A stretch of 55,147 nucleotides of DNA from Bacillota bacterium (GCA_024635955.1 JAGXHX010000082.1:1-55147), one strand, 5' to 3'. Positions 39,021-49,025 are shown, numbered from the stretch's first letter. The notes: a model not told the origin generated them from the sequence alone. Numbers and translations are program-made.

Positions 39021-39869
39021 ATGGAAGTAATATTAAAGATAAAGGAAACAAAAAAAATTATAGATGAATGGAAAAAACAAGGTTTGTCCATTGGTTTGGT
39101 ACCTACCATGGGTTGCTTACATCAAGGACATTTAAGTCTTATTGAAAAAGCTAAAAATGAATGTGACAAAGTTATTGTCAGTATTTTTGTAAACCCTCTT
39201 CAATTTGGACCAAATGAAGATTTTTCAAGATATCCTCGTTCTTTGGAAAAGGATTTAGAATGTTGTAGAAATTTTGGAGCTGACCTAATATTTATTCCTA
39301 GTCTCAAGGAACTACTACCTGATGAAAATCTTGTTTATGTAGAAGTTGATTTATTAGGAGATAATCTATGCGGAAGCTCACGACCTGGTCATTTTAAAGG
39401 TGTATGTACAATAGTTGCTAAATTATTTAACATTCTTACTCCCGATAAAGCTTTTTTCGGAGAAAAAGATGCCCAACAACTAGCTATTATAACCAGAATG
39501 GTAAAGGATCTTAATTTTAATTTAGAAATAATACCTTGTCCAATCATCAGAGAAGCTGATGGTTTGGCTATGAGTTCAAGAAATGTCTATCTTAAAAAAG
39601 ATGAACGATTAGCTGCTACTATAATATCTAAAAGCTTACAAGAAGCTAGAAAACTACTTGAAAATGGAGAAAGAGACTCACTTAAAATAAAAAGCTTTTT
39701 AAGAGAGTCAATAAAAACTAAACAAATAGCAGACATTGATTATATAGAAATAGTAGATTTGGCAACATTACAATTTTTAGATATAATTGACAGACCAGTT
39801 TTAATTGCGGTAGCTGTTTACTTTAGTAAAACTAGACTAATAGATAATATAACCTATAAGGAGGTGTAA
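39021..39869 (+). CDS. panC: Pantoate--beta-alanine ligase
   Basis: [22 protein letters not shown] and MSSRN motifs. Confidence 0.93.
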   Translation: MEVILKIKETKKIIDEWKKQGLSIGLVPTMGCLHQGHLSLIEKAKNECDKVIVSIFVNPLQFGPNEDFSRYPRSLEKDLECCRNFGADLIFIPSLKELLPDENLVYVEVDLLGDNLCGSSRPGHFKGVCTIVAKLFNILTPDKAFFGEKDAQQLAIITRMVKDLNFNLEIIPCPIIREADGLAMSSRNVYLKKDERLAATIISKSLQEARKLLENGERDSLKIKSFLRESIKTKQIADIDYIEIVDLATLQFLDIIDRPVLIAVAVYFSKTRLIDNITYKEV

Positions 39870-39870
39870 A

Positions 39871-40254
39871 ATGTATCTTGATATGCTTAAATCGAAAATT
39901 CATAGAGCAATAGTGACTGAAGCAAATATTAATTATGTTGGCAGTATTACAATTGATGAGAATATTCTAGATGCCGCCGGCCTTTATGAATATGAATTAG
40001 TACATGTAGTCAATGTTAATAATGGAAATAGACTTGAAACTTATGTCATAAAAGGTGAAAAAGGAAATGGTGATATTTGCCTTAATGGAGCAGCAGCAAG
40101 ACTTGTTCATGTAGGTGATCCAATTATCATTATGTCCTATTGTCAGATTGACCAAAAGGAAGCTCAGGACCATAAACCAATAGTAGTCTTTGTAAATAAA
40201 CAAAACAAGATAACTGAAATAAGTTCTAGTGAAAAACATGGAGATATTAAATAA
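39871..40254 (+). CDS. panD: Aspartate 1-decarboxylase
   Basis: MLKSKIHRA and the YVGSITID self-processing (Gly-Ser) site. Confidence 0.93.
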   Translation: MYLDMLKSKIHRAIVTEANINYVGSITIDENILDAAGLYEYELVHVVNVNNGNRLETYVIKGEKGNGDICLNGAAARLVHVGDPIIIMSYCQIDQKEAQDHKPIVVFVNKQNKITEISSSEKHGDIK

Positions 40255-40265
40255 GGAGTAATTTA

Positions 40266-41042
40266 ATGCTTTTAATTATTGATATTGGTAACACCAGTAT
40301 GTTGTTTGGTGTTTATCATGGTGATTTACTAAAAGAAAAATTCACGATAAAAAGCCATAAAACTATCACCCCTGATGATTTAGGTATTAGTATAATCCAA
40401 TACTTAACTCTATTTAATCTTGATAAGAATCAACTAGAATCTGTTATAATAGCTTCAGTTGTACCCCAATTAACAGAGACCTTGGACATTGCCCTTAAAA
40501 AATATTTGGAAATACCTACATTTATAGTAGGCAAAAACCTACCGATAGATTTAGATTGTTCCGCCTATTTAAGTCAGGCAGGTATTGACCGTCTAATTAA
40601 TATATTTAGTGGAATCCAAAAATATGGTAACTCATTAATTGTTATAGATATAGGAACAGCTCTAACAATTGATGTTGGAGATAATAATGGTGCATTCATT
40701 GGTGGAATTATTTTTCCCGGAATACATAGTCTAAATAATGCTTTATCAAAAAACACAGCTAAATTACCTTTAGTTGATTTAGAGAAACCTAATCATATTA
40801 TTGGAAAAACAACCGAAGAATGTATATTAAGTGGTGTATATTTTGGCTATATTAATGCTATTGACGGCATAATAGAGAAAATGAAGGCCGAACTACCATA
40901 CTCTGTAACTGTAATAGCTACAGGCGGGTACTCCAGCCTCCTAAGTGAATGTCATAATATTAATATTTTCGATGAAAATTTAACTCTTGATGGCATCCGT
41001 TTTATTTATGAAAATAAAATCAAATCTCTTTTAAAAGATTAA
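40266..41042 (+). CDS. coaX: Type III pantothenate kinase
   Basis: [14 protein letters not shown] and VIATGG motifs. Confidence 0.9.
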   Translation: MLLIIDIGNTSMLFGVYHGDLLKEKFTIKSHKTITPDDLGISIIQYLTLFNLDKNQLESVIIASVVPQLTETLDIALKKYLEIPTFIVGKNLPIDLDCSAYLSQAGIDRLINIFSGIQKYGNSLIVIDIGTALTIDVGDNNGAFIGGIIFPGIHSLNNALSKNTAKLPLVDLEKPNHIIGKTTEECILSGVYFGYINAIDGIIEKMKAELPYSVTVIATGGYSSLLSECHNINIFDENLTLDGIRFIYENKIKSLLKD

Positions 41043-41481
41043 CCATTTCAATAGCTGTAACTGCAGCTTCAAAACCTTTGTTACCTGCCTTTGTTCCAGC
41101 TCTTTCTATTGCTTGTTCAATATTATCAGTTGTCAACACACCAAAGATTATTGGCACTTCTGTTTCTAAGCCCACCTGAGCTATTCCTTTAGATACTTCA
41201 TTGGCTACAACATCAAAGTGTGGAGTAGAGCCTCTAATAACAGCACCCAAACAAATAATACTGTCATAACGGCCTGTCTTGGCCATTTTTTTTGCGATAA
41301 GTGGTATTTCAAAAGCTCCTGGCACCCAAGCTATCTCAATTTTAGAATTATTCCCTCCATGTCTTTCTAATGCATCTATAGCACCTCCTAATAGTTTACT
41401 TCCAATAAACTCGTTAAATCTGCTAATCACAATCCCATATTTTGCTTCTCCTGAAATTAAGTTTCCATTATAAGTTTTCAT
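41020..41481 (-). CDS. ribH: 6,7-dimethyl-8-ribityllumazine synthase
   Basis: [20 protein letters not shown] and KGFEAA motifs. Confidence 0.93.
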   Translation of the reverse strand: MKTYNGNLISGEAKYGIVISRFNEFIGSKLLGGAIDALERHGGNNSKIEIAWVPGAFEIPLIAKKMAKTGRYDSIICLGAVIRGSTPHFDVVANEVSKGIAQVGLETEVPIIFGVLTTDNIEQAIERAGTKAGNKGFEAAVTAIEMVNLLKEI

Positions 41482-41501
41482 TCTTTCTCCTCCTAATTGA
41501 A

Positions 41502-42695
41502 CTAATCTAATATATGTCCCATTTTGGCTTTTTTAGTATTCAGATAATATTCATTTTTTTCATTATGGTTCACTTGTATTGATACTCTTTCCACAATTTC
41601 CAACCCATAACCATAAAGTCCAGTAATTTTCCGAGGATTATTGGTCATAAGTCTGACCTTTCTTATCCCTAAATCATAAAGTATTTGAGCACCGATACCA
41701 TATTCACGCATATCTTCTGGAAAACCTAGCATCACATTAGCTTCTACTGTATCATAACCTTGATCTTGCAATTCATAAGCTTTAATTTTATTTATTAAAC
41801 CTATTCCCCTACCCTCTTGCCTCATATAAAGTAAAACACCTTTACCTTCTTCTGCAATTTTTTTCATTGCAGCATCGTACTGTTGTCCGCAATCACATCT
41901 TAATGAGCCAAATGCATCACCAGTCAAGCATTCAGAATGAACTCTCACTAAAACATTATCATCATGGTCTATATCCCCCATTACAAGAGCTACATGATGT
42001 TCACAATTCATTTTATCTACGTATCCTACTATTTTAAAGTCACCATATTTTGTAGGCATTTTAGCATTAGCTACTTTTTCTATCAAGGTTTCATTTTGTC
42101 TTCTATATGCAATTAAATCTTCAATAGTTATAATTTTCAAATCATGTATTTTTGCATATTCCATTAATTCTGGAACGCGAGCCATAGAACCATCATCATT
42201 CATAATCTCGCATATTACACCAGCAGGAAATAGTCCTGCAATCTTAGCTAAATCAACTGCTGCTTCAGTATGTCCTGCTCTTTTTAATACACCACCCTCT
42301 TTTGCACCTAAAGGGAATATATGCCCCGGTCTAGTAAAATCTTTACTTTTTTTATTTTGACTAACTAGATCCAAAACTGTTTTAGCTCTTTCTTTTGCTG
42401 ATATTCCAGTAGTACAATTTATTGAATCTACAGAAACAGTAAATGCTGTTTCTTTAGGATCGGTATTCAAAACTATCATAGGCTGAATATCAAGCTCTTC
42501 CAATCTATTCTTTTTCATTGGAACGCAGATTAATCCTCTTCCATACTTTGCCATAAAGTTTATACTTTCTTGTGTAACTTTTTCTGCTGCCATAAGAAGA
42601 TCACCTTCATTTTCCCTATCTTCATCATCAACGACTATAATCATCTTCCCTTGTTTAATATCTTCAATTGCTTCATTAATTGTATTGAATTTCAC
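41502..42695 (-). CDS. ribBA: Bifunctional 3,4-dihydroxy-2-butanone-4-phosphate synthase / GTP cyclohydrolase II
   Basis: [11 protein letters not shown] for RibB, and HSECLTGD...CDCG plus RQEGRGIGL for RibA. Confidence 0.93.
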   Translation of the reverse strand: MKFNTINEAIEDIKQGKMIIVVDDEDRENEGDLLMAAEKVTQESINFMAKYGRGLICVPMKKNRLEELDIQPMIVLNTDPKETAFTVSVDSINCTTGISAKERAKTVLDLVSQNKKSKDFTRPGHIFPLGAKEGGVLKRAGHTEAAVDLAKIAGLFPAGVICEIMNDDGSMARVPELMEYAKIHDLKIITIEDLIAYRRQNETLIEKVANAKMPTKYGDFKIVGYVDKMNCEHHVALVMGDIDHDDNVLVRVHSECLTGDAFGSLRCDCGQQYDAAMKKIAEEGKGVLLYMRQEGRGIGLINKIKAYELQDQGYDTVEANVMLGFPEDMREYGIGAQILYDLGIRKVRLMTNNPRKITGLYGYGLEIVERVSIQVNHNEKNEYYLNTKKAKMGHILD

Positions 42696-42710
42696 TTTAT
42701 ATCTCCTCTC

Positions 42711-43355
42711 TTACATAAACCCATTTTTATTTAAAAATTCCATGGTCATAGGAACAACATCTTTTTCTTTAAAATCTAATATTCTCTCAATGTATTTCCC
42801 TATAGAATCACATTCAATATTTATCTTTTCACCAATTTTTTTATCAAGTAAAGTGGTTTCTTTTTTTGTATGGGGTATTATTGATAAAATAAAACTATCT
42901 TTTGTTATATCCCCTACAGTTAAACTAGCTCCATCGATAGCTATAGAACCTTTTTTTATTATATATTTCATCAATGTTCTCTCTGCTTCTATTTCAACTA
43001 CAGTAGAATTCTCAAACTCCTTGAATGAAACTATTGTGCCAAATCCATCAACATGTCCAGAAACAATGTGTCCTCCAAGTCTGTCACCTACCATAAGTGC
43101 TCTTTCCAGATTAACTCTACTTCCTGTGTTCATAAATGATATATTTGTTACTTTAGCTGTTTCAGGCATGAAATCAACCTCAAAAGTAGAATTATCAAAA
43201 CTTGTCACTGTTAGGCAAATACCATTGACACTAATACTATCCCCAATTTTTATATCTTCAAGCATCTTACTGCAACCAATCTTTAATCTGCCTGATTTGT
43301 AACCTATTGCTACACCCTTAATTATTCCTATTTCTTCAATTAATCCTGTAAACAT
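42711..43355 (-). CDS. ribE: Riboflavin synthase
   Basis: MFTGLIEEIG start, with duplicated GDSISVNGICLTV and GSIAIDGASLTV lumazine-binding repeats. Confidence 0.93.
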   Translation of the reverse strand: MFTGLIEEIGIIKGVAIGYKSGRLKIGCSKMLEDIKIGDSISVNGICLTVTSFDNSTFEVDFMPETAKVTNISFMNTGSRVNLERALMVGDRLGGHIVSGHVDGFGTIVSFKEFENSTVVEIEAERTLMKYIIKKGSIAIDGASLTVGDITKDSFILSIIPHTKKETTLLDKKIGEKINIECDSIGKYIERILDFKEKDVVPMTMEFLNKNGFM

Positions 43356-44465
43356 TTATTTACCTCTCTTTTTTACATAGCCTTCAATTAGGATATCTTG
43401 ACCGTAAACTTTTCTTTTTATATTTATTAATTCAATAGCATCAACCATCTGAAGAATACCCATACCACCAACTGGGGTTGGTGCACTAGAACCACCTATT
43501 ATCTTAGGTGCAATATATGCCATTACTTTATCAACTAAGTTATCAGTTAAAGCACTATAGCTTACTTCTCCACCACCTTCAATTAAAATGCTATCAACAC
43601 CTCTATTTCCCAATACTTTTAGCAAACTAACAAGATCTACTTTTTCATTCTTTTGATTTATAACCAGAATTTCTGCACCAGTTTCTTCAATAGCAGCAAT
43701 CTTTATAGGCTTTGCTTTTTTTGTTACTACTACAATTGTTTTGGAATTTGAATCTATATTAAGAACTTTAGCAGTTAAGGGTATTCTACCTTCGCTATCA
43801 AGGATAATTCTAATCGGATCTTTCCTTGTCCTTCTATTTATTCTAGTATTAAGACTTGGATCATCAGCAATAATTGTACCTATACCTACCATTATTGCTC
43901 CAACCCTATTTCTTAATTCATGTACTTTTTGTCTAGATTTATCATTTGTTATCCATTTAGAATCACCAGTAGTTGAAGCAATTTTACCATCTATGGTCAT
44001 TGCATACTTAAGATAAACATATGGTATTTTTCTGGTTATATATTTAACAAATATTTCATTAATTTGTCTGGCTTCCTCTTCTAGCACTCCAACTATTACT
44101 TTAATATTATTTTTTTTTAGTATTTCAATTCCTTGTCCTGCTACTTTAGAGTTTGGGTCCAGCATAGCAATTACTACTTTCTCAAATCCTTCTTCCACAA
44201 GTCTGTTTGCACATGGTGGTGTTTTTCCATAATGAGAACAAGGTTCAAGATTCACATAAATCGTTGCACCTTTCACAGATTCTTTAGCAGAGTTAATAGC
44301 TTCAATTTCTGCATGATTGCCTCCATAAAATTTATGATATCCTTCTCCAATAATTTTCCCCGCTTTTACTATAACTGCTCCTACCATTGGATTTGGACTA
44401 GTCTTTCCTGCTCCTTTTCTGGCTAATGTAATTGCTCTTTTCATAAATTTTTTGTCATCATCCAT
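43356..44465 (-). CDS. ribD: Bifunctional diaminohydroxyphosphoribosylaminopyrimidine deaminase / 5-amino-6-(5-phosphoribosylamino)uracil reductase
   Basis: Deaminase zinc motifs HAE and PCSHYGKTPPC, plus a C-terminal reductase domain (LIEGGG). Confidence 0.93.
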   Translation of the reverse strand: MDDDKKFMKRAITLARKGAGKTSPNPMVGAVIVKAGKIIGEGYHKFYGGNHAEIEAINSAKESVKGATIYVNLEPCSHYGKTPPCANRLVEEGFEKVVIAMLDPNSKVAGQGIEILKKNNIKVIVGVLEEEARQINEIFVKYITRKIPYVYLKYAMTIDGKIASTTGDSKWITNDKSRQKVHELRNRVGAIMVGIGTIIADDPSLNTRINRRTRKDPIRIILDSEGRIPLTAKVLNIDSNSKTIVVVTKKAKPIKIAAIEETGAEILVINQKNEKVDLVSLLKVLGNRGVDSILIEGGGEVSYSALTDNLVDKVMAYIAPKIIGGSSAPTPVGGMGILQMVDAIELINIKRKVYGQDILIEGYVKKRGK

Positions 44466-44480
44466 AGTAATTCCTCCAAT

Positions 44481-44695
44481 AAAAAAGCTCTGAAGTTAAA
44501 CTTCAGAGCAAAATTTTTATAATTACATATATATATATCTTTATATGACACTATTGCTACATATAAAGTATATGAACTATACTTAACTTCTCCCATCCAG
44601 ACTTTACTGTCGGTCTTGGAATTACACCAAGTCAACCCTTTTGAGGCTCGTGGACTATTACCACCGGTAGGGAATCTCACCCTGCCCTGAAGTTC
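44481..44695 (-). promoter_or_regulatory. FMN riboswitch (RFN element) with intrinsic terminator
   Basis: Minus strand reads CAGGGCAGGGTGAGATTCCCTACCGGTGGTAATAGTCCACGAGC...TTGGTGTAATTCCAAGACCGACAGTAAAGTCTGGATGGGAGAAG. The terminator is GCTCTGAAGTTTAACTTCAGAGC plus T6 (44509-44481). Confidence 0.9.
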
Positions 44696-44712
44696 TTATT
44701 TAATTGAGTTTA

Positions 44713-44741
44713 ATACTACCATAAAGTATTTATCTAGTCAA
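44713..44741 (-). promoter_or_regulatory. Promoter of the rib operon (TTGACT-17 nt-TAGTAT with TGn extension)
   Basis: Minus strand has TTGACT at 44741-44736 and TGgTAGTAT ending at 44713. It lies just upstream of the riboswitch 5' end. Confidence 0.5.
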
Positions 44742-44784
44742 ATTAATATATAAAATATTAAAAAACAATCAATTTATATAACTT

Positions 44785-44895
44785 TCACTTTATAATTACT
44801 GGTAAGATGTCGTAAGCAAGGTGCCAAAGTGAATACATTAAAATCCCAGCTAATATAATACCAAAAGTAATACCTAGTAACACAGATTTCCACAT
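44785..44895 (-). CDS. Possible 36-aa single-TM peptide (not in the ORF track)
   Basis: My own translation is MWKSVLLGITFGIILAGILMYSLWHLAYDILPVIIK, with a GGGG-type SD-like sequence upstream. There is no further support. Confidence 0.25.
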   Translation of the reverse strand: MWKSVLLGITFGIILAGILMYSLWHLAYDILPVIIK

Positions 44896-45012
44896 AAAAC
44901 TCACAACCCCTACAAGTATATATTATGTACTAATACTAACATCATAATCACTTATTGTAAACTCTTTTTAAAATACTAAAAACCGATATCAAAATGTATT
45001 CACTCAATAATT

Positions 45013-45564
45013 TTATTTTAAAAGATTTGCTACTTCTAATATTTTTGCTTTAATTTCTGGTCTTTGATCTAAGTTTTTAACATTATCACCATCATCCATC
45101 AATACTTCTCCAACTTTTTCTGCATTATATACATTCAGTGCTTCAGAAATTTCTAATAATCCAGCTGTAAATTGCGTCTTAAAAAATTTACTACCACCAC
45201 TCATTAATATAGCACCTTTTTTAGTATATTTTTCAGGTTTATCTCCTCTTAATATAGATGCCCAAGATACTTGGAATCTATCCATAAACACCTTCATTGG
45301 CCCTGGTACTCCAAAGAAATATATAGGTGAGGCAAATATTATAATGTCAGCTTCATCTACTTTTCTATAAACATCAACCATATCATCCTTAATTGGACAT
45401 TCTGTATGTGTATAACAATATCTACAATCATTACAAGGTTTAATTTTCAAATCATAGCAGTTTATTATTTCTTTCTCACCTACTAGATTATCCAAAAGCA
45501 TATTTAACATTGCCATTGTTATTCCATTTTTCCTTGCACTTCCAAAAATTGCTAGAATTTTCAT
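45013..45564 (-). CDS. Iron-sulfur flavoprotein (flavodoxin-like fold, NADPH-dependent FMN reductase family, Isf-like)
   Basis: FGSARKNG FMN-binding start and a compact CNDCRYCYTHTECP (Cx2Cx2Cx5C) cluster motif. Confidence 0.75.
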   Translation of the reverse strand: MKILAIFGSARKNGITMAMLNMLLDNLVGEKEIINCYDLKIKPCNDCRYCYTHTECPIKDDMVDVYRKVDEADIIIFASPIYFFGVPGPMKVFMDRFQVSWASILRGDKPEKYTKKGAILMSGGSKFFKTQFTAGLLEISEALNVYNAEKVGEVLMDDGDNVKNLDQRPEIKAKILEVANLLK

Positions 45565-45633
45565 TCAGATCACCCCTTTGTTTTAATAATAGCATACTAT
45601 CATTAAAACCATCAGTAAACCACAAAACGCCCT

Positions 45634-46188
45634 TTACTTTGTTAAAAGAATAGCTAACTCCTCTAGTTTTTCTTTTATCTCAGGTCTTTGATCTAAATTT
45701 TTAACTATATCAGCATCATCCATCAGAACTTCTCCGACCTTCTTTGCATTACAGATTACTAAGGCATCAGATAGAGTAAGTCCACCTCCTGTAAATTGAT
45801 TCTCAAATAATGGACCGCCACCACTCATTAGGAATGCGCCTTTTTTAGTGAACGTTTCTGGCTGATCTCCTCTTATGACACCTGACCAAAACATTTGAAA
45901 CCTATCTAGCATCACCTTCATCGGTCCTGGTACACCAAAGATATATACTGGAGAAGCAAATATTATAATATCAGCTTCATCAACTTTTCTGTAAATTTCA
46001 ACCATTTCATCTTTTATACTACATGCCCTATGTTTAAAACAATACCTACAATCAGTACAAGGTGAAACTTTTAAACTATAACAATTTATAATCTCCTTTT
46101 CTCCCTCTAGTTGGTCTAATAGATAATTTAACATGGCCATTGTATTGCCATTTTTTCTTGCCCCTCCAAAAAAAGCTAGTACTTTCAT
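45634..46188 (-). CDS. Iron-sulfur flavoprotein, tandem paralogue
   Basis: Same length and motifs (CTDCRYCFKHRACS), with roughly two-thirds identity by eye to the neighbouring gene. Confidence 0.75.
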   Translation of the reverse strand: MKVLAFFGGARKNGNTMAMLNYLLDQLEGEKEIINCYSLKVSPCTDCRYCFKHRACSIKDEMVEIYRKVDEADIIIFASPVYIFGVPGPMKVMLDRFQMFWSGVIRGDQPETFTKKGAFLMSGGGPLFENQFTGGGLTLSDALVICNAKKVGEVLMDDADIVKNLDQRPEIKEKLEELAILLTK

Positions 46189-46238
46189 CATAATTTCTCC
46201 TTTACTTTTATTCTATATGAAATTAATATTGACTTGAA

Positions 46239-46259
46239 TAGTCTATTTGATTTAGACTA
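46239..46259. promoter_or_regulatory. Inverted repeat TAGTCTA-n7-TAGACTA in the divergent intergenic region (candidate operator)
   Basis: Perfect 7-bp arms at 46239-46245 and 46253-46259, directly after a TTGACT hexamer (46229-46234). Confidence 0.3.
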
Positions 46260-46300
46260 ACTATAGTGATAATACTTATATAACAACTTGAGGTGAATTT

Positions 46301-46846
46301 ATGAAAATAGGAAATAAACTTAGATCTGTTAGAAAAGCAAAAGATATGACACTTAAAGATCTTTCACTTATAACTAATCTATCAGTTAGTCTTTTAAGTA
46401 ACATCGAAAGAGATGTTACTAGTCCAACTCTTGTTAATCTTATCTCCATTACTGAAGCATTAAATATAACAATCACAGATTTTCTAACTGAAAAAAAAAT
46501 AAATACAAAAACACTAACCAAACGCAGTGAATTTGAAGAAATTCTAAAATTAAAATCAGGCATACTTTATGAATTAGCTACCTGCAGCACAATGCCCTAT
46601 AAGTGTGTTTGTATAACTATAAACGAATCTTGCAAGGATGCAGAAACATCTCTAGGCCTACCTGAAGATAACATGGTAATTGTTACTGAAGGTAAGCTAG
46701 AAATTAATCTTTTTGATGAATCTTTTATTGCAGAAAAAAATGATATACTGTTCATTCCTGGTAATACAACACACTCATTCAAAAATGCTAATACAAAAAG
46801 ATGCGTATCTTTTTGGTTTGCCCTACAGCCTCTAAAAGATAACTAA
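46301..46846 (+). CDS. XRE family HTH regulator with C-terminal cupin domain
   Basis: N-terminal HTH (LRSVRKAKDMTLKDLSLITNLSVSLLSNIERD) and a C-terminal beta-barrel-like region (FIPGNTTHSFKN). Confidence 0.8.
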   Translation: MKIGNKLRSVRKAKDMTLKDLSLITNLSVSLLSNIERDVTSPTLVNLISITEALNITITDFLTEKKINTKTLTKRSEFEEILKLKSGILYELATCSTMPYKCVCITINESCKDAETSLGLPEDNMVIVTEGKLEINLFDESFIAEKNDILFIPGNTTHSFKNANTKRCVSFWFALQPLKDN

Positions 46847-46849
46847 TTT

Positions 46850-48220
46850 CTATACTATTTCAATATTAGATCTTTTCCAAAGTTCTTCAGCAGTACTTTG
46901 GATTTTTTCATATAAAGCATCTTCGTCAATTCCAATAATTTTACCATTTTCCATAACAACTTTTCCAGCAATTACAGTTGTTTCCACATTATTTTCATCT
47001 GCACTATAAACTAACCTAACAATTGGATCATATAAAGGCGCAGTATTGCATTTCCTATGATTGAAAATGAAGAAATCTGCTTTTTTACCAATTTCCAACG
47101 AGCCTAATTGTTCCTTTTTATAGATAGCATCAGCTCCGTCTATTGTGGCCATTTCAACAACTTTCAAAGCTGGAATAACAGCAGGGTCTCTATAAAAAGC
47201 TTTTTGCCATAACGGTGAAATTTTTAAGACCTCCATCATATTTTGATTATCATTTGAAGCTGCTCCATCTGTTGCAATTCCAACTACTATCCCTTCATCA
47301 AGCAAATCTTGTACAGGTAGTGTCTTATATCCGATAAGCATATTTGAGATAGCATTATAGGATACTCTTACATCATATTTTTTTAGCTTTTTAATTTCTT
47401 TTTCATTTATTTGCGCACAATGAACTGCTAAAAATTTCGATTTCAATATTCCTGTTTTTTCATAAAAATCAATTGTAGACACTCCATGTTTTTCAAGAGA
47501 ATATGCATTGTCCTCTTCAGTTTCTAAGGTATGTATTGTATTAAAAGTATCCAATTCATTTGCTAACTTGGCACATTTTCTAAATCCATCTTCTGACATA
47601 ACCCAAATTATTCCGGGTGCCAAAGCAATATCAATAGTTGGTATGTTCATATATTTTTTATGAAGTCTTTTCACATCATTAAAAAAATCTTCCTCAGTTT
47701 CTACTATCTCTTTACCACTGTATTTAGGAAAATCAGTTGAATCAGTATATCCTCTTGCGAGTATACCTCTAATGCCTAAATCCAAGAAGGCCTGACAAAC
47801 TGCATCATTTAATTTGGGTTTGCCATTAGCATATTGATAATCTACTACAGTCGTCACTCCAGACTTAATATTTTCAATACACCCAACTGTAGCAGCAAGA
47901 TATATATCTTCTTCACTAATATTAAAATATGGTTTTTGTATAGCCTCTTCCAACCATTTTATCAAATCTTTTTCTTTACCAATACCTTTAAATAAAACTT
48001 GAAATAAATGATTATGAGTATTAATCATCCCGGGGAATATATATTTCCCTTTAGCATCTATTACTTTCTCCCCTGAATATTCATTTAGTAAATCATCAGT
48101 TTTTTTAATATCAATTATAATGTCTTTTTTTATTGCTAAGCCATAACCTTTAAGAATTTCACGATTAGCGTTCATTGTAATAATATTTGCATTAATGACT
48201 AATAAATCTATATGTTCCAT
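46850..48220 (-). CDS. Amidohydrolase family protein (chlorohydrolase/aminohydrolase, TRZ/ATZ-SsnA-like)
   Basis: PGMINTHNHLFQ metal-binding HxH motif plus later H and D motifs (HCAQ, ATDGAASN). ATG at 48220, 8 nt after GGAGAGG. Confidence 0.83.
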   Translation of the reverse strand: MEHIDLLVINANIITMNANREILKGYGLAIKKDIIIDIKKTDDLLNEYSGEKVIDAKGKYIFPGMINTHNHLFQVLFKGIGKEKDLIKWLEEAIQKPYFNISEEDIYLAATVGCIENIKSGVTTVVDYQYANGKPKLNDAVCQAFLDLGIRGILARGYTDSTDFPKYSGKEIVETEEDFFNDVKRLHKKYMNIPTIDIALAPGIIWVMSEDGFRKCAKLANELDTFNTIHTLETEEDNAYSLEKHGVSTIDFYEKTGILKSKFLAVHCAQINEKEIKKLKKYDVRVSYNAISNMLIGYKTLPVQDLLDEGIVVGIATDGAASNDNQNMMEVLKISPLWQKAFYRDPAVIPALKVVEMATIDGADAIYKKEQLGSLEIGKKADFFIFNHRKCNTAPLYDPIVRLVYSADENNVETTVIAGKVVMENGKIIGIDEDALYEKIQSTAEELWKRSNIEIV

Positions 48221-48290
48221 TATATTCACCTCTCCTTATTTTCTATAATTATATAATTTTAGCTATTTTTAGTCAATTATTTCTATATTT

Positions 48291-48318
48291 ATAAATATAA
48301 ACCATCCGAAGATGGTTT
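48291..48318 (-). terminator. Hairpin terminator after the small membrane protein gene
   Basis: AAACCATC-loop-GATGGTTT followed, on the minus strand, by AT-rich T-containing sequence. Confidence 0.45.
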
Positions 48319-48336
48319 ATATAAAAAATACTAATT

Positions 48337-48596
48337 TTAAAGATTTAAATATTTCATTAATTCAAAGACTAATATTGCAGGCCAAACTATGGCTTTCAAG
48401 AAACCTAATACACCAATCCAAAAGCCACTAGCTGTTGATAAAAATAGACAACTGCTCCAATAAATCCTAACCCATAAACAGCTCCACCTGAAGCATGCAT
48501 ACTCTTATTGTTATATTTTTTTTCTTTATTACATTTTGGTTTAATGCCTTCCTCATTAATTTCCATTTCTTGATTTTCCATATTTTCATTTTCCAT
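48337..48596 (-). pseudogene. Conserved small membrane protein gene interrupted by a frameshift (or requiring recoding)
   Basis: Frame A (48596-48405) ends at TAG after GGAVYGLGFIGAVVYFYQQ. The next frame continues FWIGVLGFLKAIVWPAILVFELMKYLNL to a TAA at 48337-48339, followed by a hairpin. Confidence 0.55.
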
Positions 48597-48614
48597 AATT
48601 TACACCTCCATTAA

Positions 48615-49025
48615 TTATAAATTTTCTCTTAGTTTATTAATAACATTATTCTTTAATAGAATTTCACTATAGAATAATAATATTAAATCAGCTAATAGTA
48701 TTATATGAAATAACAAAAACATTAAAGCTAAAATCACTTTTCCAACATTATCTAAACTTGTAGTTAAATAATTATATGCACTGAACATCAACACAACTAA
48801 AATTAAAGTTAGTATAATGATTGCTAATATAGTCTTGCTATATTTTTTTTTATATAAATTTTTTTGCTTATCCTCATCGACATTCTTATACAGGAATTTC
48901 AACATTGAAGTTTTATTTTCTTTAAGAAAATGTTTTATTAATAATTTTTCATCTATTTTATTTAATTTATAGTTCATAAGTTTTTCAATTAAATATTGTC
49001 TATTCTCATTATAAATATATTTCAA
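48615..49025 (-). CDS. Hypothetical membrane protein
   Basis: TTG start 8 nt after GGAG and two predicted TM helices in the C-terminal half. No known domain recognised. Confidence 0.45.
   Translation of the reverse strand: MKYIYNENRQYLIEKLMNYKLNKIDEKLLIKHFLKENKTSMLKFLYKNVDEDKQKNLYKKKYSKTILAIIILTLILVVLMFSAYNYLTTSLDNVGKVILALMFLLFHIILLADLILLFYSEILLKNNVINKLRENL

Noticed and set aside
42685-43302. 205-aa plus-strand ORF in the track, antisense to ribE
   Set aside because: It lies entirely within the well-supported ribE gene on the opposite strand. It has no SD, and its composition is biased (S/I/F/L-rich) as expected for a shadow frame of AT-rich coding DNA.
44527-44538. (AT)6 microsatellite between the FMN aptamer and its terminator
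   Set aside because: It is short and common in AT-rich intergenic DNA, with no evidence of function.
44441-44680. 79-aa minus-strand ORF in the track upstream of ribD
   Set aside because: It runs through the FMN riboswitch aptamer and its terminator. The region is explained by the RNA element, not by coding.
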